From: Macrostomum lignano
Taxonomy: Eukaryota
Direction: 5' to 3'
Assembly (NCBI GenBank): GCA_002269645.1
Contig: NIVC01002333.1
Span: forward strand, 1-64,000
Length of the DNA stretch: 64,000 bases
A model generated the notes under the pieces. It did no database searches and was not told where the DNA came from. It was given only the letters and a program-made list of their open reading frames with translations. The stretch's first letter is position 1. Every line of letters begins with the position of its first letter. The translations under genes and the position numbers were made by a program. Below are positions 25,111 to 52,283 of this stretch, piece after piece.

Positions 25111-27755
25111 ATGTCTGAGCAGCAGCAGCAGCAGCAGCAGTCGGTGCAACAGGAGCAGCAAGAGCAGGAGCAGCAAGAGCCGGAGCAGCAATCTGCTGAG
25201 CAACAGCTGCCGCAGCAAAAGCAGCAACACCTCAGCCAGGAGCAAGAGTTAGTACTCAGTATAATATGGATTTGACCATGGTGTCTTAGTCTGCCCCACA
25301 TACGCTTATAGTAGTAACTAGACAGGCCACTTCTTAGGCGTATTGTTTGGTAAAAACTGTTTGTCAACTTTCAGTTCAGTGGGTGAGAAGTCCTGTTTGT
25401 CATTGTCGCCAGCTTGTAGCTCGCAGCATAAACGGTTTAGACCTTGTGAAGTTTCGAGCTTCGAGCTTGTGAAAGCAACCTGTCGAGCTTTTCTTTTGGT
25501 CCAAATGACTGAAATTTGAGTCTTACTCTAAAATGCAGAAATGCTTGTGTTAATCTGACAGTGGCTTGTCAAGAATTTGATTCTATTCCGCATTTTTCCA
25601 GCCTAAAACTTTCAGATTGCAGACTCGCGAGGCGTTGAACCAGCAGACGGCTATCCAGTTCCGTCAGTACGCAGCCGAGCAGCATCCCAACAATGCAGCT
25701 AAGCAGCAGGAGCTCATTAGCCAGCTGCAGGAGCAGCACTATCAGCAGTACATTAGCATGTCCTATGAGCAGCAGTTGCATCATCAGAGGGAGCAGGCCA
25801 GGCAGCTACTTATGCAGCGCCGGCAACCGAATTCGTCTAGCCCTAGCAACCAAGAGGCTGCTAATGTTGCCGTTGAATCGCTCGACGGTGGAGCCGAAAC
25901 CGACGCCGCCGGAGATGATGAAGCGCCTCCGGCCAGTGCTGATTCTGGAACTGCGGTTCTGCCGATTTCGCCGAGCGGCGATCCCGCCCTGGAGGGCATC
26001 GACGGTGAGCAGTGGCTTGGTGATCACCCGCCTCCGTCCACCACGCTTACACCTAACTCTGCGAAGCACCCACCTCACTCCGCCAAGCACCCACCTCACT
26101 CCACTAAGCACCCACCTCACTCCACCAAATATCCACCTCGCTCCGCCAAGCACCCCTTCCTCCGCCAAGCACCCACCTCACTCCAATAAGCACCCGCCTT
26201 CCTCCACCAAGCACCCACCTCACTCCGCCCAGCACCTCACTCTGCAAATCCACCTACTCCTCCACCCACCTCCGCCAAGCACCCACCTTCCTAATTCTCG
26301 TCAAAACTGTGAGTCCCCAATCTCTAAACTTCAGAGCCCCTGCCCGAGATGCCGCAGCTGATTCCCGCCAGTATTTGGACTCGCCAGAACATTGCCGAAT
26401 TTAAGAAAGAGATTCTGCGCGACAGCAAGCACTGCTGCATTAAGATCGGGTCTCTGGCTACTGCCACTGTAGGTGCCAAATCTTTCAATGTTCATCTGCA
26501 TTTTAATTCAATTTTTTTCTAAATTCAAGCGTGCGCTAATTTTGCTCGTAGGTCCGGGTTCCAACCCACGAGGAGGGCACGTGCATTGTTTGGGAATTCG
26601 CCACTGATCATTACGATTTGGGATTTGGCGTCTATTTCGAATGGACTATCACACCGTCGGACAAGGTGACAGTGCAAATTAGCGAAAGCTCCGACGAAGA
26701 GGACGATGATGAAGGAGAAGATGGAGAAGCCCCGCGCGGCGAGGGCGGTGAGCAGCTTTTTGAGCATTGCGGAACTTTATTTTAGTGTAAAGAGAACTAC
26801 TCTGTTATAGGGTGCTAACGCATTCTGACACCCACCTCAATCCGACACCCAGCCACCGCCACCGCCTCACTGCCAACCACCTTACTCCCACAACCACCTC
26901 ACTCCGCCAACCACCTCACTCCGCCAACCACCTCACTCCGCCAACCACCTCACTCCGCCAACCACCTCACTCCCCCACTGACCTCACTCCGCCACCCACC
27001 TCACTCTGCTACCCACCCCACTCCGCCAACCACCTCACTCCGCTACCAACCCACTCAGCCAACCACCTCACTCCGCTACCCACCCCGCTCCGCCAACCAC
27101 CTCACTCCGCTACCCAACCCCACTCCGCCAAGCACCTCACTCCGCTACCCAACCCCACTCCGCCAACCACCTCACTCCGCTACCCAACCCCACTCCGCCA
27201 AGCACCTCACTCCGCTACCCAACCCCACTCCGCCAACCACCTCACTCCGCTACCCAACCCCACTCCGCCAACCACCTCACTCCGCTACCCAACCCCACTC
27301 CGCCAACCACCTCACTCCGCTACCCACCCCACTCCGCCAACCACCTCACTCCGCTACCCACCCCACTCCGCCAACCACCTCACTCCGCTACCCACCCCAC
27401 TCCGCCAACCACCTCACTCCGCTACCCACCCCACTCCGCCAACCACCTCACTCCGCTACCCAACCCCACTCAGCCAACCACCTCACTCCGCTACCCACCC
27501 CACTCCGCCAACCACCTCACTCCGCCGTCAGACGTGGAGCGCCCCGACGATCCCGAGCGTGGTTCTCGACGCCGCCGCGATGACGATAAATCAATCGACG
27601 AGATCATACCAGTGTACAGGCGCGACTGCCACGAGGAGGTCTACTGCGGCAGCCACCAGTACCCTGGCAGAGGTGTGTACCTGTTGAAGTTCGACAACTC
27701 TTACTCGCTGTGGCGCTCCAAGTGGCTCTACTATCGAGTCTTTTACACCAGATAG
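25111..27755 (+). CDS. ACBD3: ACBD3/GCP60-like Golgi protein (Q domain + GOLD domain), 359 aa as reconstructed
   Basis: Exons 25111-25247, 25616-26004, 26335-26468, 26552-26747 and 27532-27755 have GT-AG boundaries and compatible phases (1080 nt). Q domain: [37 protein letters not shown] domain: [74 protein letters not shown]. Confidence 0.93.
26040..26295. repeat. C-rich degenerate ~21-bp repeat (CACCCACCTCACTCCGCCAAG), ACBD3 intron 2
   Basis: Direct reading. Confidence 0.85.
26830..27527. repeat. C-rich repeat (CCACCTCACTCCGCTACCCACCCCACTCCGCCAA), ACBD3 intron 4
   Basis: Alternating sub-units that run right up to the acceptor AG. Confidence 0.92.
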
Positions 27756-28202
27756 ACCGCGGCTGTTTAGTCTGAAGACTGAAAGCAATACTGTAATACC
27801 CGTTTATTAATGTTGTAGACGGCTTGTCTGTTTCCTTTGCTTGCTATCGTGTTCGCCGAAAATTTCGGGTTAAAAGACGAAATAAAAAAAATTGTATTTT
27901 CAGTTCTGTTGTTGTTGCGTGTCCAACGTGTTTTTTCTGAATGCTCTGTTTATATGCGGACAGTTACAAACCTTTGATTTATAATCGTGTTTTCAATTCT
28001 ATTTATATAATTTTTGAGCGCATTTTTATTGAACTCCAGTTTTGTTACTGGCCCGTTTTTTGATATTTTCATGTCGTGCTCTGAAATAAGTTATTGAGCT
28101 GATGATGTGCACTGTGAAATATTTGTTACTTCACATGTCGGTAGATTGCAAACGTCCTTATGAACTGGAATTCACTAGTGCACAGCCACTGAGCTAATCT
28201 AC

Positions 28203-28948
<746 letters not shown>

Positions 28949-29641
28949 CTGTGTCACTTTACTCTGTCTTGGAGCACCTACTCAAGCACAGCTTTTAATT
29001 GCATCTCTTGTGTGTCTCGCGTTTAGCGGTTAGTGAACGCCATCGGCGCAAGTTGTTTATTAGCTATCCGCAGTTCCGCTTCTGTGTAGGCCATCGTTAA
29101 ACTTTATTGTGCAACTCTGAATAAAAAAAGAATAAAATCTCGCTGTTCAAAGAATCATGGAAATTTTGAAATTAATAAAAAACGCTTGCATAGTAGTATT
29201 ATATGTCTCGTCCAGGCCCAGTCACAGCTGTTTGTTATTAACTGTGCGTACTGCTTGATTAATTAATTTAATAATCTGTCTCATTGTGGCCTAGTCAGAG
29301 TAATCAGCACATCTTTGATCTAAATTTTTTGTGAATATACTATTAAATATATATATATATACACATATATTTGTATACGCCGTTTGTAGTTGTTACAAAC
29401 TCTGGTAAACTGTGTTAATTTTTTCATGATAATTAAATCATAGCTATGTCAGGTTCAGTGGATGGATATCCAGCCTCTTCGAGCTGCATCGAATTAGTAA
29501 AAAATTCTAGAGAATAGCTCTGCTATAGTGTATCTGTTAATTTAACTTGTAATGTCTAGTGTTTTGTAAAAATTCAAATATTTCTACTATCAGTAGCTTG
29601 AAAGCGCATTTTATTTTAATTCAAGATTCCATATTATTTGC

Positions 29642-44719
<15,078 letters not shown>

Positions 44720-44899
44720 GGTTCTGAGCAGCGGCTTACAGTGTTTGTCCACCCAGATTCCATTGGATGTATTTGCTTATATTTATATGCTGGCAGTATG
44801 TATACCTATGTTCTGTTCATTTTATGTGTATTGTGGTTTTTGTTGCTTCTTATTGAACTGCTAGTGCGTTTTTTGTGTTGAGGTTGGTTTTGTTAGGAA

Positions 44900-45525
44900 A
44901 AATGACCCGTATCCAAGGTAAACAAACCGTTGCTATGGGCCGTTTAGCCGTATCCGAGATAAACAAGCCGTTGCTATGGCTATAAAGGCCGTATCCAACG
45001 CAAACAACCCGTTGCTATGGCTTGAATGGCGATATCGATCAATGATAAACAATTCGTTGCTATGGACCGTATAGCCGTATCTAAGGTAAACAATCCGTTA
45101 CTATGGCCTTATCAAACAGAGACAATCAGTTGCCTTGGCTCGAATGGCCGTATCCAACCCAAACAATCCGTTGCTATGGCTTGAATGGCGGTATCCAAGG
45201 TAGATAGTTCGTTGCTATGGGCCGTATAGCCGTATCTAAGTGAAACAATCGTTGCTATGGTTTTCAAGATGGTATCCAAGGCAATCAATCAGTTGCTATG
45301 GGTCGTATAGCCGTATCTAAGGTAAATATTCCGTTACCTATGGCCTTATCAAACAGAAATAATCAGTTGCTTTGGCTCGAAAGGCCGTATCCAAAGGAAA
45401 AAATCTGTAGCCTTGGCTCTAATGGCCGTATCCAACCTAAACAATCCGTTGCTATGGTTTTCAAGATGGTATCCAAGGCAATCAATCAGTTGCTATGGGT
45501 CGTATAGCCGTATCTAAGGTAAACA
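44900..45525. repeat. Degenerate ~40-bp repeat (CCGTTGCTATGG...CCGTATC) with a ~237-bp higher-order duplication
   Basis: The block starting at 45057 recurs at 45294. Confidence 0.88.
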
Positions 45526-45967
45526 GAAGCTTTTATTACCTAGTCAGGATAGGCCTGTTTATTGTTTGGTGTTTTTTTCTGTTCCCCATCTCTCCTTGTC
45601 GATTTTAAAAATCTAACACGATTTCTGTTTCCAACGATTTCTATGTCGTGCTGACCATAAGCGTGCGTAGTTCCTGACCTGATCCTCCCGCCTCTGGCCA
45701 ATGCTTCGATCCCGCCATTCTATCCACCTGTATTCTCTATTTGCTTGATTTGTACGCCTTGTTTTTATTCTGAGTTTTGTTTTCGTCAATGCTAGTTATG
45801 CAACCGGCAGGTGGTGAGAGCCTTCATTGCTAAAATATAAATTCTGAATCACCTTTGCTTGTTTCTTCATGCCTTTGTTTAACTGGTAATTAATGGCAAA
45901 CTTGTGTCACGTGTTATGTTTTCCATTTTAACCTAGATTCATTGGTTAACCCGACTGTGCCACTTTC

Positions 45968-45968
45968 C

Positions 45969-46001
<33 letters not shown>

Positions 46002-46060
46002 TAGTGTCTGTGTGTCTGTGTGTCTGTCTGTCTGTCTGTCTGTCTGTCTTAGTGTCTGTG

Positions 46061-46093
<33 letters not shown>

Positions 46094-46130
46094 TAGTGTC
46101 TGTGTGTCTGTCTGTGTGTCTGTCTGTCTG

Positions 46131-46175
<45 letters not shown>

Positions 46176-46178
46176 TAG

Positions 46179-46219
<41 letters not shown>

Positions 46220-46238
46220 TAGTGTCTGTGTGTCTGTG

Positions 46239-46293
<55 letters not shown>

Positions 46294-46384
46294 GTCTGTC
46301 TGTCTGTCTGTCTTAGTGTCTGTCTTAGTGTCTGTGTGTCTGTGTGTCTGTCTGTCTGTCTGTCTTAGTGTCTGTGTGTCTGTG

Positions 46385-46429
<45 letters not shown>

Positions 46430-46448
46430 TAGTGTCTGTGTGTCTGTG

Positions 46449-46481
<33 letters not shown>

Positions 46482-46500
46482 TAGTGTCTGTGTGTCTGTG

Positions 46501-46533
<33 letters not shown>

Positions 46534-46544
46534 TAGTGTCTGTG

Positions 46545-46599
<55 letters not shown>

Positions 46600-46722
46600 G
46601 TCTGTCTGTCTGTCTGTGTGTCTGTCTGTGTGTCTGTCTTAGTGTCTGTGTGTCTGTCTGTCTGTCTGTCTGTCTGTCTTAGTGTCTGTCTGTGTGTCTG
46701 TCTGTCTGTCTGTCTGTCTGTC

Positions 46723-46758
<36 letters not shown>

Positions 46759-46857
46759 TAGTGTCTGTGTGTCTGTGTGTCTGTCTGTCTGTCTGTCTTA
46801 GTGTCTGTGTGTCTGTGTGTCTGTCTGTCTGTCTGTCTTAGTGTCTGTGTGTCTGTG

Positions 46858-46890
<33 letters not shown>

Positions 46891-46949
46891 TAGTGTCTGT
46901 GTGTCTGTGTGTCTGTCTGTCTGTCTGTCTGTCTGTCTTAGTGTCTGTG

Positions 46950-46982
<33 letters not shown>

Positions 46983-47005
46983 TAGTGTCTGTGTGTCTGT
47001 CTGTG

Positions 47006-47084
<79 letters not shown>

Positions 47085-47095
47085 TAGTGTCTGTG

Positions 47096-47132
<37 letters not shown>

Positions 47133-47151
47133 TAGTGTCTGTGTGTCTGTG

Positions 47152-47190
<39 letters not shown>

Positions 47191-47305
47191 GTCTGTCTGT
47201 CTGTCTGTCTTAGTGTCTGTCTTAGTGTCTGTGTGTCTGTCTGTCTGTCTGTCTGTCTGTGTGTCTGTGTGTCTGTGTGTCTGTCTGTCTGTCTGTCTGT
47301 CTGTC

Positions 47306-47337
<32 letters not shown>

Positions 47338-47428
47338 TAGTGTCTGTGTGTCTGTGTGTCTGTCTGTCTGTCTGTCTGTCTTAGTGTCTGTCTGTGTGTC
47401 TGTGTGTCTGTCTGTCTGTCTGTCTGTC

Positions 47429-47470
<42 letters not shown>
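45968..47470. repeat. (TGTC)n microsatellite with TTAGTGTC interruptions
   Basis: Direct reading. Confidence 0.98.
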
Positions 47471-48274
47471 TTATTTATTCTGTAATAAACCCATGACTTG
47501 AGGTTATTACAATTATTTAATACCCTTAACCAAATAGGCCGGCTGGGAAGTGATTATCAAACCATCAAAAGTGCAGATTCATTACTGTCAACAAATCGCT
47601 CGTAAATCGCTTTGCTCCTCCATCTTGTTGTCGATGCAGTTTAGCATCATAAACCAACTAGACGAGAATGTTAATTATCGCAATCTGAGACAAGGACCAG
47701 CCAAGCTGATATGCTTCGCAACTCTGTTTTCCGGAATCATTTTGCGGCTCGATAGATTTTATTAAGAGAAACTCTGAGCTCAACTCCCCCCCCCCTTGCT
47801 GAGATCTGCTTTCAACAGTTTCGCCATCAGGTGAAGCTGAAAGAAAAGGAGACGGGAGGGTTCTCAGGATTTCTCCTAAGCTGAGGAAGACTCTCAAGTG
47901 CGGCCTCATTAGCCTCATCACCTGAATCAGTCCTTCCGCTTCCTTGCCAATAATCCTCACTGCATGGCAACATGGATAATTCCGGGCATCTAGGAATCAA
48001 CTATCAATCAGCCAGTTTATCCGCCCGTAGTTTCTATGCAGGATTTGCTTACTTCCTGTGCATTTCTTGATTGATCCGGATTAAGCAGGCATCGAATTAC
48101 TGGCTGCATAGCATTTGAGTTTGGTCATCGATTCCGTTATGAGCAAGTTGAAAACATCGTAAAAATTCAACTCTGCAAAAAAAGCTTGACCTGTTTTTTT
48201 TCCTGGTTTCTCCACAGACACTGAATTTGATTAAAATGTTGGCTGTTTAGCTTCATTTGCTCAATAAACCGTTG

Positions 48275-49502
48275 AAGTTTCGAGTTTCTGAACTTTCGAG
48301 TTCCTGAAGTTTCGAGCTTGTGAAGTGTCTAACTTTTTTCGAGTACGTGAGGTTTCAAGTACGTAAAGTTTCCAGTTCCTGAAGTTTCGAGTTCCTGAAG
48401 TTTCGAGTTCCTGAAGTTTCGAGTTCCTGAAGTTTCGAGTTCCTGAAGTTTGAGTTCCTGAAGTTTCGAGTTCCTGAAGTTTCGAGTTCCTGAAGTTTCG
48501 AGTTCCTGAAGTTTGAGTTCCTGAAGTTTCGAGTTCCTGAAGTTTCGAGTTCCTGAAGCTTCGAGTTCCTGAAGTTTCGAGCTTGTGAAGTGTCTAACTT
48601 TTTTCGAGTACGTGAGGTTTCGAGTACGTAAAGTTTCCAGTTCCTGAAGTTTCGAGTTCCTGAAGTTTCGAGTTCCTGAAGTTTGAGTTCCTGAAGTTTC
48701 GAGTTCCTGAAGTTTCGAGTTCCTGAAGTTTCGAGTTCCTGAAGTTTCGAGTTCCTGAAGTTTCGAGTTCCTGAAGTTTCGAGTTCCTGAAGTTTCGAGT
48801 TCCTGAAGTTTCGAGTTCCTGAAGTTTCGAGTTCCTGAAGTTTCGAGTTCCTGAAGTTTGAGTTCCTGAAGTTTCGAGTTCCTGAAGTTTCGAGTTCCTG
48901 AAGTTTCGAGTTCCTGAAGTTTCGAGTTCCTGAAGTTTCGAGTTCCTGAAGTTTCGAGTTCCTGAAGTTTCGAGTTCCTGAAGTTTCGAGTTCCTGAAGT
49001 TTCGAGTTCCTGAAGTTTGAGTTCCTGAAGTTTCGAGTTCCTGAAGTTTCGAGTTTCTGAAGTTTCGAGTTCCTGAAGTTTCGAGTTCCTGAAGTTTCGA
49101 GTTCCTGAAGTTTCGAGTTCCTGAAGTTTCGAGTTCCTGAAGTTTCGAGTTCCTGAAGTTTCGAGTTCCTGAAGTTTCGAGTTCCTGAAGTTTCGAGTTC
49201 CTGAAGTTTCGAGTTCCTGAAGTTTCGAGTTCCTGAAGTTTCGAGTTCCTGAAGTTTCGAGTTCCTGAAGTTTCGAGTTCCTGAAGTTTCGAGTTCCTGA
49301 AGTTTGAGTTCCTGAAGTTTCGAGTTCCTGAAGTTTCGAGTTCCTGAAGTTTCGAGTTCCTGAAGTTTCGAGTTCCTGAAGTTTCGAGTTCCTGAAGTTT
49401 CGAGTTCCTGAAGTTTCGAGTTCCTGAAGTTTCGAGTTCCTGAAGTTTCGAGTTCCTGAAGTTTCGAGTTCCTGAAGTTTCGAGTTCCTGAAGTTTCGAG
49501 TT
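48275..49502. repeat. 16-bp minisatellite (GTTCCTGAAGTTTCGA)n; each unit is a consensus heat-shock element
   Basis: 16-bp period, roughly 70 units. The unit parses as gTTCc-tGAAg-tTTCg-a. Confidence 0.97.
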
Positions 49503-50074
49503 CTTAAGAAGCTGTAGTCATTATTCACTGGATATGCGATTATTCTCTCCAGGAAAATGTCTAAAAAGACGATTTTCCATAATCCACACAGAACATTGAT
49601 GTTTAATATAGATGAGAAAAACGTCATTGAGCATGAGTTCCTTAGCTCGTAAATTTTTTAACATATATAATATGATCCTCAGTCATAGAATCGACCCTCA
49701 GTCATAGAATTGCTCATCAGTCATAGAATTCATCCTCAGTCATAGAGATCAGTCACAGGTTGAACAAGTTTCTAGTTAAGTAAATGAGTTAAGTGGAACA
49801 CCTATGCACTTCTGCAAGCGGTGTTAATGTTTTAGGATTTATTATAAGACGTTGACAAGACGCCCAATTTTGGGCTGTAGCTTGTGTATAACAAAAAGAA
49901 CAGGGATATGATTGCTTGAAGTTAAAGCGACATCCAAGGTGCGCCTGCTTGAAATTTTGAGTTGGGATCGTGCAATTAATTGTGCATCTGGTTTGACTAT
50001 CAGTGTACATGCAGAACTGCGGCTGCAAAATTCAATGACTCATTTGACTATTTTACTGTCAGGTGTCACTGCTT

Positions 50075-52277
50075 GTAAGATGTCATTTCTGGTCAGGTGT
50101 CAGTTCTGGTCAGATGTCATTTCTAGTCAGGTGTCAGTTCTAGTCAGGTGTCAGTTCTGGTCAGGTGTCAGTTCTGGTCAGATGTCAGTTCTAGTCAGGT
50201 GTCAGTTCTGGTCAGATGTCATTTCTGGTCAGGTGTCAGTTCTGGTCAGATGTCATTTCTGGTCAGGTGTCAGTTCTGGTCAGATGTCATTTCTGGTCAA
50301 GTGTCAGTTCTGGTCAGATGTCAGTTCTAGTCAGGTGTCAGTTCTGGTCAGATGTCATTTCTGGTCAGGTGTCAGTTCTGGTCAGATAATGTCAGTTCTG
50401 GTCAGGTGTCAGTTCTGGTCAGGCGTCAGTTCTGGTCAGATGTCATTTCTGGTCAGGTGTCAGTTCTGGTCAGATGTCAGTTCTGGTCAGGTGTCAGTTC
50501 TGGTCAGGTGTCAGTTCTGGTCAGGTGTCAATTCTGGTCAGATGTCAGTTCTAGTCAGGTCTCAGTTCTGGTCAGGTGTCAACTCTGGTCAGATGTCAGT
50601 TCTGGTCAGATGTCAGTTCTGGTCAGATGTCAGTTCTGGTCAGGCGTCAGTTCTGGTCAGATGTCAGTTCTGGTCAGATGTCATTTCTAGTCAGGTGTCA
50701 GTTCTGGTCAGGTGTCAATTCTGGTCAGGTGTCAATTCTGGTCAGGTGTCAGTTCTGGTAAGATGTCAGTTCTAGTCAGGTGTCAGTTCTGGTCAGATGT
50801 CAGTTCTGGTCAGGTGTCAGTTCTGGTCAGGTGTCAGTTCTGGTCAGATGTCATTTCTGGTCAGGTGTCAGTTCTGGTCAGATAATGTCAGTTCTAGTCA
50901 GGTGTCATTTCTGGTCAGATGTCATTTCTAGTCAGGTGTCAGTTCTGGTCAGGTGTCAGTTCTGGTCAGGAGTCAGTTCTGGTCAGGTGTCAGTTCTGGT
51001 CAGGTGTCAGTTCTGGTCAGATGTCAGTTCTGGTCAGATGTCAGTTCTGGTCAGATGTCATTTCTGGTCAGGTGTCAGTTCTGGTCAGATGTCATTTCTG
51101 GTCAGGTGTCATTTCTGGTCAGGTGTCAGTTCTGGTCAGGTATCAGTTCTAGTCAGGTGTCAGTTCTGGTCAGGAGTCAGTTCTAGTCAGGTGTCAGTTC
51201 TGGTCAGGTGTCAGTTCTGGTCAGATGTCAGTTCTGGTCAGATGTCAGTTCTGGTCAGATGTCATTTCTGGTCAGGTGTCATTTCTGGTCAGGTGTCAGT
51301 TCTGGTCAGGTGTCATTTCTGGTCAGGTGTCAGTTCTGGTCAGATGTCAGTTCTGGTCAGGTGTCAACTCTGGTCAGATGTCAGTTCTGGTCAGATGTCA
51401 TTTCTGGTCAGTTGTCATTTCTGGTCAGGTGTCAGTTCTGGTCAGATGTCAGTTCTAGTCAGGTGTCATTTCTGGTCAGGTGTCAGTTCTGGTCAGGTGT
51501 CATTTCTGGTCATGTGTCAGTTCTGGTCAGATGTAAGTTCTAGTCAGGTGTCAGTTCTGGTCATGTGTCAGTTCTGGTCAGATGTCAGTTCTAGTCAGGT
51601 CTCAGTTCTGGTCAGGTGTCAGTTCTGGTCAGATGTCATTTCTGGTCAGGTGTTATTTCTGGTCAGCTGTCAGTTCTGGTCAGGTGTCAGTTCTGGTCAG
51701 GTGTCAGTTCTGGTCAGATGTCAGTTCTAGTCAGGTGTCAGTTCTGGTCAGGTGTCAGTTCTGGTCAGATGTCATTTTTTGTCAGGTATCATTTCTGGTC
51801 AGGTGTCAGTTCTGGTCAGGTGTCATTTCTGGTCAGATGTCATTTTTTGTCAGGTATCATTTCTGGTCAGGTGTCAGTTCTGGTCAGGTGTCATTTCTGG
51901 TCATGTGTCAGTTCTGGTCAGATGTCATTTCTGGTCAGATGTCAGTTCTGGTCAAATGTCATTTCTTGTCAGGTATTATTTCTCGTCAGGTGTCAGTTCT
52001 GGTAAGATGTCATTTCTGGTCAGGTGTCATTTCTGGTCAGATGTCAGTTCTAGTCAGGTGTCAGTTCTGGTCAGGTGTCAGTTCTGGTCAGGTGTTATTT
52101 CTGGTCAGGTGTCATTTCTGGTCAGGTGTCAATTTTGGTCAGGTGTCAGTTCTGGTCAGGTGGCATTTCTGGTCAGTTGTCAGTTCTGGTCAGGTGTCAT
52201 TTCTGGTCAGGTGTCAGTTCTGGTCAGGTGTCAGTTCTGGTCAGTTGTTATTTCTGGTCAGTTGTCATTTCTGGTCA
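50075..52277. repeat. 17-bp minisatellite (TCAGTTCTGGTCAGGTG / TCATTTCTGGTCAGATG)n
   Basis: About 130 units; the array begins within ~10 bp downstream of the GPCR stop codon. Confidence 0.97.
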
Positions 52278-52283
52278 GCCCAG

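Noticed and set aside
48329-49627. 432-aa ORF (TRNFRNSKLQELETSG)n
   Set aside because: Translation of the 16-bp satellite (three units give 16 aa). No coding evidence.
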